Assembly: GCA_038230375.1 (NCBI GenBank)
Contig: JBBRNJ010000024.1
Coordinates: 32,001-96,000, forward strand
Reading direction: 5' to 3'
DNA from: Polyangiales bacterium
Lineage (GTDB): Bacteria > Myxococcota_A > Polyangia > Polyangiales > Polyangiaceae
Length of the DNA: 64,000 nt
The position numbers were made by a program, and so were the translations under genes. The notes under the pieces were generated by a model. The model was given only the letters and a program-made list of their open reading frames with translations. It had not been told where the DNA came from and did not search any database. Numbering within the stretch: the first letter of the stretch is position 1; each line of letters opens with the position of its first letter. Below, piece by piece: positions 10,282-19,984 of the stretch.

Positions 10282-11093
10282 GCGGCCTCCTTCGCGGCGA
10301 GCTCGTCGGCCGCCTCTTCGCGATGGTAGCGCGCGAACATCGCCAGCATTCCGCCGGCGTACGCGAAGCACCCGGGCACCCACATGAGCAGGCCGCCGAT
10401 CTCCTGATCCGCTTTCGGCGTGAGCCCCCAGCCGTCACGCAGGAGCGGCATCGCGCCAAGGCCGTCCACCGGGTGCGCGTAGATCGAGCAGACCTCCACG
10501 GGCGAGAACGTCACCAGGATCCCGAGCAACGTGCACGCGACGCACGCTGCGAAGAGGTAGAGCATGGCGCCAAACGGCGGGAGCCGACGCGCGGACCGGG
10601 GACCCACGATCGGCCAGAAAAAGGCGCATCCCATGACGAGCAGCGAGACGGTCTGCAGGCGCTGCACGCCGATGCTGTTCGATGCGGCGTCGCAGAGCGT
10701 GGGAGCGTGCCACAGCCACATGGCAGACACGCCGGCGAGCCACGGCAGCATGAAGCGCCGCGCACCACTAGCGGCCGCAGCGCCGGGTGCGCCAGGAGCG
10801 ACGTCCGCTTCTTTCGATCCGGTTCGCAGCGCCGACAGCACGAGCGGCGGGATCACCAGTACGAGGAGCAGATGCTGCAGCATGTGCGCGCTGAAGAGAT
10901 ATCCGCGCGCGAGCACGCCGATGGGCGAGACGAACGCGAGCAGGAACACCACCGCCGCGAGCACGAGCCACAGCGCGCGCCGGGTGAGCTTCCACTGCAT
11001 CCGCGCCGCATACGCGACGACTCCCGCGCCCGCGACCGCGTAGACGAACGCGTCACTCTGCCACGCGGTGAGGAGCAGCTCGCCCGTGGTCAT
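10278..11093 (-). CDS. ctaG: Cytochrome c oxidase assembly protein (Caa3 CtaG family)
   Basis: YLFSAHMLQHLLL, WLWHAP and DQEIGGLLMWVPG motifs. Confidence 0.9.
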   Translation of the reverse strand: MTTGELLLTAWQSDAFVYAVAGAGVVAYAARMQWKLTRRALWLVLAAVVFLLAFVSPIGVLARGYLFSAHMLQHLLLVLVIPPLVLSALRTGSKEADVAPGAPGAAAASGARRFMLPWLAGVSAMWLWHAPTLCDAASNSIGVQRLQTVSLLVMGCAFFWPIVGPRSARRLPPFGAMLYLFAACVACTLLGILVTFSPVEVCSIYAHPVDGLGAMPLLRDGWGLTPKADQEIGGLLMWVPGCFAYAGGMLAMFARYHREEAADELAAKEAA

Positions 11094-13303
11094 AGGATGT
11101 TCCTCACGTAGACGATGCCAAAGACGGCGATCCACACCACGTCCACGAAATGCCAGTAGAGGCCGATCGCCTTGAACGCCGATGAGTGGCGGCGGCCCTT
11201 GAGATCCCCCGCGAGCCCGAGCCACAAGATCACGCCGAGGGCGACCAAGCCGAGCGTCACGTGCAGACCGTGGAAGCCCGTGAGCGTGAAGAACGTGGAC
11301 GTGAAGAGGCTCGTGTTGACGTTGAGGCCGCTCGTGAAGAGCTTCTGGTACTCGCTCGCCTGGCCAAACATGAAGATCGCGCCGAGCAGGATGGTGAAGA
11401 TGAGCCAGTTGCGGAACCCGCTCTCGTTTCCTGCGGCGAGCGCCTTCTCGGAGCGGTGGAGCGTGAAGCTGGAGGCGAAGAGGCAGATGCTGAACATGCC
11501 CGTGGTCTTCACGTCCAGGTGCGCCGCTGCGGCCTTCGTGGAGAGGTTGAAATAGACGAAGGTGAGGATGAGGACGATGAAGAACATCGCCTCGGAGGCG
11601 ATGAAGGCCCACACACCCACGATCGCCTTGTCGTAGGTCGCGATCTCCACGATCTTGGTCTTGACCTTGTTTTTACCGGGATTCGCGAGATCCCAGAGCG
11701 GACGACGCCCGCGCACCGGCGGCACTTTTTCGAAGTTGTGCGGATGCGGCGGCGACGTGGTCGCCCACTCGAGCGTCCACGCGTCCCACGGATTGTCGCC
11801 CGCCGGCTTGCCGTTGCGGACGCTCTTCGCAATGTTCACCAGGAAGAGGAGAACGGAGAAGCCCATCACGAACGCGCCGATGGTGGAGACCATGTTGAGC
11901 GTCCCCCAGTTCGGCAGATCCGGGTACGTGTACACGCGGCGCGGCATCCCCAGGATGCCAAGGAAGTGCTGAACGAAGAACGTCATGTTGAAGCCAATGA
12001 CCATGGTCCAGAAGTTCAGCTTGCCAAGGCGCTCGTCCAGCAGCTTGCCGCTCATCTTCGGGAACCAGTAGTAGGTCGCCGCGAGGATGCCGAAGAGCGT
12101 GCCGCCGAGCGCGACGTAGTGGAAGTGCGCGACCACGTAGTACGTGTCCGTCATCTGCCAGTCGACCGGCGCCGCTGCGAACGTGATGCCCGAGAGCCCG
12201 CCGATCACGAACTCGATGAGGAACGCCACGGCGAAGCACATGGACGTGGTGAAGCGCAATTTGCCTCCCCACATGGTGGCGATCCAGTTGAAGATCTTCA
12301 CGCCAGTGGGGACAGCGATGAGCATGGTCCCGGCAGAGAACGCGAGGTCTGCGCGATGGCCGAGGCCCGCGGCGAACATGTGGTGCGCCCACACGCCGAA
12401 CGAGAGGACCGCGATGGCGACCGTGGAACCCGCGACGAACTCGTAGCCGAAGATCGGCTTGCGCGAGAAGACCGGGATGACCTCCGAGATCATGCCGAAC
12501 GCCGGTAGCGCCAGGATGTAGACCTCTGGATGACCGAAGGTCCAGAAGTAGTGCTGCCACAGGATGACCGAGCCGCCGCCGTGCGCCTGGAAGAAATGCG
12601 CGTCCAGCTGGCGGTCGATGAGGAGCATCACGAGCGCGCCGTTCAGCACCGGCAGGGCAAGGACAATGAGGATGGCCGTGATGAACGTCATCCACACGAA
12701 GAGCGGGACGCGGCGGATGGTCATGCCCGGCGCGCGAAGCGTGATGACGGTGGCGATGATGTTGATGGCGCCTGCGACGGAGCCGATGCCCAGCACGAGC
12801 AACGCGAGCACCCAGTAGTCCGTGCCCGTGTTGGAGCTGAATGGCGTCTCCGCGAGCGGCGCGTAGCTGAACCAACCTGCAGAGGGGGCACCACCTGCGA
12901 ACAGGCTGAAATGCAGGAGCGCGCCGCCCAGCGGGAAGAGCCAGTAGCTCATCGCGTTGAGGCGCGGGAACGCCATGTCTCGCGCGCCGATCATCAGCGG
13001 CACGAAGTAGTTCGCGAAGCCGACGAGCGTGGGCATGACGACGAGGAAGATCATCGTCGTGCCGTGCATGGTGAAGATCTGGTTGAAGGTTTCCGGATCC
13101 AGGAAATGCGACTCGGGATGTGCGAGCTGGATACGGATGAGGAGCGCCTCTATGCCGCCGATCGCGAAGAAGACGATCGACGTGAGCAGATAGAGGATGC
13201 CGATTCGCTTGTGATCGACGGTGGCGACCCAGCTGAACGGCCCCTTCTCCTCCGCGTGCTCGTGCGCGGCTTCGGAGGCATGCGGTGTGGTGGCGGTCGT
13301 CAT
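11090..13303 (-). CDS. ctaD: Cytochrome c oxidase subunit I (A1 type) fused to a short subunit III
   Basis: HGTTMIF, RDMAFPRLN, GHPEVY, WAHHM, PTGVK, HFHY; C-terminal FIASE...TGFHGLHV...YWHFVDVVW of subunit III. Confidence 0.96.
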   Translation of the reverse strand: MTTATTPHASEAAHEHAEEKGPFSWVATVDHKRIGILYLLTSIVFFAIGGIEALLIRIQLAHPESHFLDPETFNQIFTMHGTTMIFLVVMPTLVGFANYFVPLMIGARDMAFPRLNAMSYWLFPLGGALLHFSLFAGGAPSAGWFSYAPLAETPFSSNTGTDYWVLALLVLGIGSVAGAINIIATVITLRAPGMTIRRVPLFVWMTFITAILIVLALPVLNGALVMLLIDRQLDAHFFQAHGGGSVILWQHYFWTFGHPEVYILALPAFGMISEVIPVFSRKPIFGYEFVAGSTVAIAVLSFGVWAHHMFAAGLGHRADLAFSAGTMLIAVPTGVKIFNWIATMWGGKLRFTTSMCFAVAFLIEFVIGGLSGITFAAAPVDWQMTDTYYVVAHFHYVALGGTLFGILAATYYWFPKMSGKLLDERLGKLNFWTMVIGFNMTFFVQHFLGILGMPRRVYTYPDLPNWGTLNMVSTIGAFVMGFSVLLFLVNIAKSVRNGKPAGDNPWDAWTLEWATTSPPHPHNFEKVPPVRGRRPLWDLANPGKNKVKTKIVEIATYDKAIVGVWAFIASEAMFFIVLILTFVYFNLSTKAAAAHLDVKTTGMFSICLFASSFTLHRSEKALAAGNESGFRNWLIFTILLGAIFMFGQASEYQKLFTSGLNVNTSLFTSTFFTLTGFHGLHVTLGLVALGVILWLGLAGDLKGRRHSSAFKAIGLYWHFVDVVWIAVFGIVYVRNIL

Positions 13304-14223
13304 CGGAGGGTCTCGAAGTAGGCGACGAAATCGGCGATCTGCGGATCGGTGAGCTGCACGTCCGGCATGTGGCAGCCAGGCTTGATGTCCTGCGGGCTCT
13401 TCAACCACCGCGCCAGCTCTTCGGGCGAGTTCTTCCTCACGCCCGCGCCGAGCGTCTTTCGATCAGCGAAATGGGTGAGGTCCGGGGCGGCATTCGCGCC
13501 TTCGCCGTTGCCCGTGATCGCATGGCACTTCACGCACGTCATCTGCGTGAAGAGGTGCGCGCCCCGCTGCGCATCAGGAGCGCTCGAGGTGGCAGCTGCT
13601 GCGAGCGTGCGCTTCTCCCACGCGGCAAACTCTTCCGGTGACTCCGCGACGACCTGGATGCGCATCCACGCGTGCTGCACGCCGCAGTACTCCGCGCACG
13701 CGCCTATGTACGTGCCGGGCGCGTCCGCCTGGAGCCAGATGCTGGCGCTTCGGCCCGGGATGGCGTCGATCTTTCGACCGAGCTCGGGAACCCAGAAGTC
13801 ATGGATGACGTCGGCGGACTCCACGCCAACGACGAGCGCCGTGCCGGTCGGGATGTGAATCTCGTTCGCGGTGACAGCGCCCGATTTGTAGTGGACCTCC
13901 CACCACCACTGGTGAGCGATGACAGTGAGGTCCGGCGCGCGATCCGGGACGGGGTCCGAAGCGCTCACGGCCTTCACCGTGAGATAGAAGATGCCGAGCA
14001 GAACGAGCACCGGCGCCAGCGTCCACGCGATCTCGAGCCGCTTGTTCCCCTCGTTCTGGGCCGGCGGGTCACCGCCCTTGTCGCGGAAGCGGAGAATGGC
14101 GGTGGTGACGAGCGCCACGACGACCCCGAAGATGATGAAGCACACGATGAGTGTGTCGCCGAAGAGATCGGCGATGACACGCGCGCCCGGCGAGCGCGGA
14201 TCGAGTAGTGTCCCCAAGACCAC
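13300..14223 (-). CDS. ctaC: Cytochrome c oxidase subunit II with fused cytochrome c (caa3 type)
   Basis: HQWWW, DVIHDFWVP, CuA motif CAEYCGVQHAWM, C-terminal CVKCH...MP; GTG start estimated. Confidence 0.94.
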   Translation of the reverse strand: MVLGTLLDPRSPGARVIADLFGDTLIVCFIIFGVVVALVTTAILRFRDKGGDPPAQNEGNKRLEIAWTLAPVLVLLGIFYLTVKAVSASDPVPDRAPDLTVIAHQWWWEVHYKSGAVTANEIHIPTGTALVVGVESADVIHDFWVPELGRKIDAIPGRSASIWLQADAPGTYIGACAEYCGVQHAWMRIQVVAESPEEFAAWEKRTLAAAATSSAPDAQRGAHLFTQMTCVKCHAITGNGEGANAAPDLTHFADRKTLGAGVRKNSPEELARWLKSPQDIKPGCHMPDVQLTDPQIADFVAYFETLR

Positions 14224-14299
14224 GGGCGCGACCCTAACACGGCGATCCCGGCCTAATGTAGGGAGAAAGTGAACGCTCTCCAGACGCCATCGGCCGCGA

Positions 14300-15082
14300 C
14301 TACTTTGGCGCGCTGAGACCGGCGGCGGCGGCTCGCGTCTCGCGGCGGAACGGCTGCGCGAGCTGGGCAACGTAGCCTTGCGGCCATGATTCGGGCACGC
14401 CCAGCGGATATCGCTCTTCGCCCTCCGGCCGGTGATAGGTGCCAAACAGCACGTCCACCCATGGGCCCAGGTTGGAGAAGTTGTGCGCGGTGCGCTCGAG
14501 GCGCGCGTGGTGCCAGTGATGCAGCTCCGGCGCGCCGAAGAGAAAGCGCAGAGGGCCGAGCGGCAGGCGCACGTTCGAGTGGATGAACACCGCCCAGATC
14601 CCGCGGAAGACGATGATGCCCGCGAGCGCACTCATCGGCACGCCCAGCAGGAACGCCGGCAGGTTCATGCATAGCTGCGTGAGCACGCCGTCGACCGGGT
14701 GCTCGCGGTGCGCGGCGACCCAGTCCAGCTCTTCGGCGGTGTGGTGCACTGCATGAAACCGCCAGAGCGGTCCCCACGCATGACACGCACGGTGGAACCA
14801 GTAGACGACGAAGTCGCCACCGGCGACCGCCAGGACTACTTGCATGACGAGCGGCAGTGACGTTGGCGCGTGGCGCACGAGCGGCTCCACGCGCGCAAGC
14901 ACCCAGACCGCGACGCTGGTCCACGCCAGGTACTGACCCGCGAAGAAGCACGCGTCCACAGCCACGTTCCTGCGAAGGACCTTCTGTCCGGGGCGCGCGG
15001 GAAAGAGACGCTCCAGCGGAACGAAGACAGCGGCAAGCAACGCGAAGCTCGCGACCGCGGAGAGAAGCACGGAGAAGATCAC
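14300..15082 (-). CDS. Sterol desaturase / fatty acid hydroxylase family protein
   Basis: His boxes YWFHRACH, FHAVHH, HSN and HHWHH; GTG overlaps the upstream TGA. Confidence 0.9.
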   Translation of the reverse strand: MIFSVLLSAVASFALLAAVFVPLERLFPARPGQKVLRRNVAVDACFFAGQYLAWTSVAVWVLARVEPLVRHAPTSLPLVMQVVLAVAGGDFVVYWFHRACHAWGPLWRFHAVHHTAEELDWVAAHREHPVDGVLTQLCMNLPAFLLGVPMSALAGIIVFRGIWAVFIHSNVRLPLGPLRFLFGAPELHHWHHARLERTAHNFSNLGPWVDVLFGTYHRPEGEERYPLGVPESWPQGYVAQLAQPFRRETRAAAAGLSAPK

Positions 15083-15441
15083 TCGTGCGGCCTGAAGATG
15101 ACGCCGGACTTGGAGCCACCAAAGTAGCTCGGCGGAGGGTTCACATTCTGCGAGGGCGGAAGAGACTTGCTGCCAGCCTTCGTCGCAGGCTTGGTCACCG
15201 GCTTCACCACCGGCGCGTCTGGGCTGGCGGTCACGACGGCCGTCACGGACGCTGGCGCTGATGCCGGCGCGGGGGCTGACGCCAGCGTGGGGGCGGCTTG
15301 CGCGTTTGATGCAGGGTCGGGCTCGCGTGCCACGGGCTCCGGCTTCGAGCAACCGCTCGTGAGGCTTGCGTGCGCGACCAGCCCGAAGAGAACCGTGATC
15401 GCAAACCCCAGCGCGAGCACCCGCATGAAGAGACGCCGCAT
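15079..15441 (-). CDS. Small exported/lipoprotein with Ala/Pro-rich linker
   Basis: GGAGG RBS, hydrophobic N-terminus ending TSGC, tail PATKAG...YFGGSKSG; translationally coupled to the desaturase. Confidence 0.65.
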   Translation of the reverse strand: MRRLFMRVLALGFAITVLFGLVAHASLTSGCSKPEPVAREPDPASNAQAAPTLASAPAPASAPASVTAVVTASPDAPVVKPVTKPATKAGSKSLPPSQNVNPPPSYFGGSKSGVIFRPHE

Positions 15442-15572
15442 GAATGACCTCCGCGCCGAAGCGATGCGTCTTGGACCCGCGTGCCGCCGAGACCTTGGAC
15501 GAGCATGGCATCGGCGACGCGGGCTCTGCGCGATCCATCACCGCGCGAGCACAGCCTGGCATGGAGTCGCAT

Positions 15573-16823
15573 TCACGAGACCCTGCATTTTACGGCAATT
15601 CGTGGGTGCGCCCTGCCGTCACGTTGGAACGACGCTCGCACCGGGAAGCTGACCCAGTGGTTGCAGGCGGCCTTGGGCAGCGTGGCTATCCAGTCGCTGA
15701 TGAGCGCGACGCCGGCAGCGTCGACCACGTCGCGTCCGATTTGTGGCATGGCGATGCCTGGCGCCACAGAGGTCATCCGGTACCAGAGGATCGATGCGTC
15801 GGGTTCCGTCGGTACAAGATCGAATTGCCGGGCGCCCACCATTCCCCCGGCGGACAGCGGCTCCTTGCAGACTCCATAGTGGAGTGGGTCGGGCTCGCTC
15901 GCGAACAGGAATAGCCCGCTCGTGCTCGCGGACCCCGTCGCATTGTGGCAGTGGGCGCAGTTGCCTTCGAGGTATGCGCGCGCGCGGGTGTCGAGCGACT
16001 TCGTTTGGTCGTTCCACGCGGCAAGCACGGGTGCCGCGCGTGGATCGGGCGCGCCCGTGAGAATGCCGGCCTTGACCCAGTGCGCTAGCTGATTCTCCGT
16101 GCCGGAGGGATACACACGATCGCGATTCAAGTTGCGGGCCCTGGGACCGATCGGGGTGAGCACGCCGTCCGCCTCATGGCACTGCTTGCATTGCGTCTGG
16201 GCCGGCTGGAGGTAGGCGTTGTCCTGGACCTGCCCGTTCGGGTCCGTCCAGTGAACGTGAAGCGAGCGTCCGCCCGCGTCGTAGGTGGCCTTGGTACCGG
16301 TGACATTCCAGAGATAGGGATAGGCGTGCCAGCCGTCGTCAGCCTTGATGAGCACGCGGGTCTCGAGCCAGTGCATCACCGGCGGGCTCACACGCGCGTC
16401 TTCGGGGAAGCCGAAGGACTTCATGAGCACGGTGCCCGTGGGAAAGTCGAACGCGCCCGTGGGGTCATATCTTGCGCTCTTTCCCGGCGGAACGAACACC
16501 GCGCGAGATTTGATGGCGTAGTCGGAGAAGAGCGGCGTGTTGAGCTCGTACGGCACCACGGGCTCCGCATAGAGGACCGCTCCACCGACAATCGCGGCGA
16601 GGCAGTAGCTGTTTAGCGTTGGATACGGCTCGTGCACATAGGTGCCGTCGCCACCCGGCTTGCACCCAGCGAATACGGACGCGTCCAGGACTGTCCCCGC
16701 GTCGAGTCCCGGATCATCCGCACTGGCGGCGGCGCTGGCGTCTCCACCTTTTCCGCTGCAGCCGAGCGGAAACGCGGCGATGGCGGACAGCAGGAGAGCG
16801 AGCTTTTGTGCGCGCGAAAACAT
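15573..16823 (-). CDS. SO2930/HNE_0200-family diheme cytochrome c lipoprotein
   Basis: PYELNTPLFSDYAIKSR, LETRVL, CKQCH, ARAYLEGNCAHCH, MPQIGR; lipobox PLGC. Confidence 0.88.
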   Translation of the reverse strand: MFSRAQKLALLLSAIAAFPLGCSGKGGDASAAASADDPGLDAGTVLDASVFAGCKPGGDGTYVHEPYPTLNSYCLAAIVGGAVLYAEPVVPYELNTPLFSDYAIKSRAVFVPPGKSARYDPTGAFDFPTGTVLMKSFGFPEDARVSPPVMHWLETRVLIKADDGWHAYPYLWNVTGTKATYDAGGRSLHVHWTDPNGQVQDNAYLQPAQTQCKQCHEADGVLTPIGPRARNLNRDRVYPSGTENQLAHWVKAGILTGAPDPRAAPVLAAWNDQTKSLDTRARAYLEGNCAHCHNATGSASTSGLFLFASEPDPLHYGVCKEPLSAGGMVGARQFDLVPTEPDASILWYRMTSVAPGIAMPQIGRDVVDAAGVALISDWIATLPKAACNHWVSFPVRASFQRDGRAHPRIAVKCRVS

Positions 16824-16828
16824 CGGCT

Positions 16829-18207
16829 TCAGAAGCTCACCGCAGGCAGGGCAGGTAACGTGCAATCGAACGGCGTCTTGTCGTAGGTGACAATGTCAGT
16901 GAGGTTGCTGCCCGTGTCGTTCAGCTTGTCGAAGTGCAGATGGCAAAGTCCGCTGTTCCGTTGTTGCTGAAACACACGAACATCGGATTGCCGGTGGGCG
17001 CGCCGGTCGCGGCCATGCTCATGTCGACGATGCCATCCACGAGCTGGTCCGGGACATGGCCATTTGGATAGACGTTCTTGCCGGTCGACAGGATCGCGCC
17101 CAGCTGGGTCTTCAGATCGGGCGACGTGCCGTTTCCGGTCATCGTGTTGTCGTGAACGAACACGCGCTTCGAGATCGGCTGATACAGTGGGTCTTGTGCG
17201 CTGGTCCAGGAAGAGTCCGCCACATAGTAGCTGTCGACCGAGAACGCGGTCGTCATGTTGTTCGAATAGGTGTTGTGGTCGAACTCGACGTCGCGAGTTC
17301 CAAGTACGAATGAGCCGGTTCCGGCAGGTACCTTGGCAACGATGCTGCCTGTCGCGTTGAAGTTTGGTGTGTTGTTGGAGTCGATGATGTTCATGTGCAC
17401 GTGAACATTGTGACCGTCGTGCTGGTTGCCGGCGCCAGGCACGTCGAACACAAGAAGTCCGGCTGTGTTGTTCTTGACGGTGTTGCCGAAGACGTCTGCG
17501 TTGTAGGAGTTCTCGATCTCGATGCCGGCGACGTTGTCGTGCGACGTGTTGTTCTTGACGATGATCCCCTGGGATTGTCCGACGTAGATGCCCGCGTCTG
17601 ACGAACCGGAGATATCGGAGCTCTCCACGAGCACGTTCTTGCAGAAGACCGGATAGATCGCGTAATCGCCGTGCGTCCTGGGGTCTGCGGCGCTCCACGA
17701 GACCTTGACCGCGTGGAAGGTGACGCCGGTGGAGCCCTTCACCTTGATTCCATTCTTCACGGGGTCCCGCACCGCGATGTCGCGGATTGCAAAGCCATCG
17801 GACCCGTCGAGCACATCGATGCCGATACCGCTGCTGCCAGAGGCGAGGCCCTTGAAGTCGAGCGTGGTCTGACCAATTCCCGCACCCTTCACCGTCACGT
17901 GGGTCGCGGCGAACGTCAGCGTGTTGGTGAATGCGAACGTGCCTGGACCGAACACGAACGTCGATCCGGTCTGCGCGGTGGCGATCGCGTTGGCGACGTC
18001 GGACTCCGCTGCCCCCTCCGAGAAGCCGCTGCACGGAGCCGCAATGCCGATGCACAACGGCGACGGTGCCGCGGCGTCTGCACCGGCTTCTGGTGACGTG
18101 CCGGCATCTTCATCGACGGCGCTTCCTCCGGAAGAAGAGGACTTGCACGACGGTACCGCGAGCGCGAGGGCCGGGAGCACCGCGAGAACAAGGGGCTTGA
18201 GGTTCAT
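16829..18207 (-). pseudogene. Parallel beta-helix repeat lipoprotein with a 1-bp frameshift near 16941 (true lesion or sequence error)
   Basis: Beta-helix repeats (GDYAIYPV, SDAGIYVGQS, NVAGIEIENS, NNTAGLLVFD); frame ends ...ADFAICTSTS while LHFDKL...FDCTLPALPAVSF continues in another frame. Confidence 0.75.
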
Positions 18208-18218
18208 GCCACTACAGC

Positions 18219-18234
18219 AGCAACGTGCGTGCCA
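18219..18234 (-). promoter_or_regulatory. Sigma54 -24/-12 promoter of the beta-helix/diheme operon
   Basis: Minus strand reads TGGCACGCACGTTGCT, an exact TGGCAC-N5-TTGC match. Confidence 0.8.
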
Positions 18235-18287
18235 TTCCTCACCAGGGTCTTTTTTCGCGGCTCGCGTGGCGTTGCACAAGAATCGAG

Positions 18288-18321
18288 CTGCACAGTGTGC
18301 AAGCGCCTGCACACTGTGCAG
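18288..18321. promoter_or_regulatory. Perfect 14-bp inverted repeat, probable enhancer-binding-protein UAS
   Basis: ctgcacagtgtgca-agcgcc-tgcacactgtgcag, about 80-115 bp upstream of the predicted sigma54 TSS; each arm is itself TGCAC-N3-GTGCA. Confidence 0.6.
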
Positions 18322-18362
18322 TCGCCTGCGCTGAGGGCGCCCGCTACAAGCCTACGCGGGGT

Positions 18363-18617
18363 TCACGGCGGCGGGCAGAACACGCCGATCCGGCCGGCGC
18401 CCATCAGGTTCTCGCGCTCGCAGACCTTCACCATCCGCGCCTTCTCCATCTTCGGCTGGCAGAGGGGCGTCTTGTCGCTGGTGAGCCAGCCGCACTCGTC
18501 GCCTCCGTTCGGACACTGGTCCGCGATCGTGCACTCTTTCTTTCTGCACGAGGCGCTCACCATGATGAGGATGAGCGCAAAAGCGGCGAGAACGACGGAC
18601 GCTATGTGGCGGGGCAC
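18363..18617 (-). CDS. Small Cys-rich lipoprotein
   Basis: Hydrophobic signal ending SASC, then 6 more Cys. Confidence 0.55.
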   Translation of the reverse strand: MPRHIASVVLAAFALILIMVSASCRKKECTIADQCPNGGDECGWLTSDKTPLCQPKMEKARMVKVCERENLMGAGRIGVFCPPP

Positions 18618-18733
18618 CCGCCATTGATATCACGCCGCGTTGTATCTCCCAGGTGCTCCTCGATCGCAGCGTGTGGACGCGGTATTCTGCTCTCGACAGT
18701 GAAGATCGAGCGCCTCCAGAAACACGGCCTGGC

Positions 18734-19912
18734 ATGATGAACAAGGAGACCTTGCGACGTTTCTACGAGGCGTCGTTCGCGCTCGGGCCGAACAGCGCGG
18801 AGATGTCGGCGCTCGACGCGCCCTTCGACGATTACTACGAGTTCCTGCACAAGATCGCGCCGGCCGTCACGCGGCGCAGCGCTGCACAATGGGCCATGCG
18901 GCTCGAGTATCGAAAGCTGGCGGAGGGCATGCCGCCCGACTCGCCGCACCCGGAGCCGCTCGCCATGGAGGTGATCAGCATCGAGAAAAAAATCAGCGTC
19001 GATCTCGCGAAGACCAAGCTCGCTTCCACTTGCGAGAGGCTGGACATCGATCGGGTGAAGAACGTCCGCGGATGGAAGAGCCTTGGCCGGCTCCGTGCGC
19101 TCCGGCACCTTCAGGTCAGCCTCTGCGATAGCAACGATCGCGCGCCGCTGACGCCACCCCTTCGTCTGGAAACGATCGACGTCGAGAGCTCGACGCTGGA
19201 ATGCCTTCGCACGGTCCTCGCTTCCGTGAACGCGCCGGACGTCGAGCTCGCGAGCGAGAGCGCGGCGCTGGACCTTGCCGTGCTTGCGACGTGCAAGCGG
19301 CTGCGCCGGGTCTTCGTCGCGGCGCCCCTTGTTCGGGGAGTCAGCCGGTTGCGAGGACACCCCATCGAGGAGCTCAAGCTCGCTGACGCCCCGCTCTCCG
19401 ACCAGCTGCGAGACACGATTCACTCGCTCGCCCCCACGCTTCGGCACTTGCGGTTCGACGCGGGGCGTGTGTTCTCGCCCGGCGAGCTCGGCTCGCTCTC
19501 GAAATTGAAGGCCTTGCGGCAGCTCGCCGTCCCGGCCTTTCTCGAGCTGAAGAAGGAGTGGGTTGACTTCGCAGCGGCGAACCCTCGCGTCGGGTTCACA
19601 TTCTTTCCGTTCAATCCGCCGGACGCGAAGCGAGAGGTCATCACCGTCGCGGAGATCCACCATGGCGTCGACATTCTCAGGTGCGTGAAGGGCAAGAAGG
19701 TCGCCTTCGAGGTCGCCGACGACCTTGCCTCGCGGCGGAAGGGCTACGGCGGAAGCAACGAGGATCTCGAGGACGAGCTCCGCGCCAGGGCCAAGGCAGC
19801 GAAGAAGAAGATCGATTGGCGGAGTGAGCTGGACACGCTCGTCGCGCGGACGACGGATGTGGAGACTGCGCGCTGGGTGGTCGATCAGGCTGCTTCGAAG
19901 GTAAAACCGTGA
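18734..19912 (+). CDS. Leucine-rich repeat protein
   Basis: LRALRHLQV, LRRVFV, IEELKL, LRHLRF and LKALRQLAV repeats. Confidence 0.7.
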   Translation: MMNKETLRRFYEASFALGPNSAEMSALDAPFDDYYEFLHKIAPAVTRRSAAQWAMRLEYRKLAEGMPPDSPHPEPLAMEVISIEKKISVDLAKTKLASTCERLDIDRVKNVRGWKSLGRLRALRHLQVSLCDSNDRAPLTPPLRLETIDVESSTLECLRTVLASVNAPDVELASESAALDLAVLATCKRLRRVFVAAPLVRGVSRLRGHPIEELKLADAPLSDQLRDTIHSLAPTLRHLRFDAGRVFSPGELGSLSKLKALRQLAVPAFLELKKEWVDFAAANPRVGFTFFPFNPPDAKREVITVAEIHHGVDILRCVKGKKVAFEVADDLASRRKGYGGSNEDLEDELRARAKAAKKKIDWRSELDTLVARTTDVETARWVVDQAASKVKP

Positions 19913-19984
19913 GGGGAGGCCGGTCGCTGGACGTGGACCTTCCGCCTGCTTGCGGCATCGCGGTGGAGCGACTAACCAGAAAGG

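Noticed and set aside
15573..15656. Possible lost stop codon (TGA to TGG) extending the diheme protein
   Set aside because: The tail looks unprotein-like, but this cannot be shown without homolog alignment or reads.
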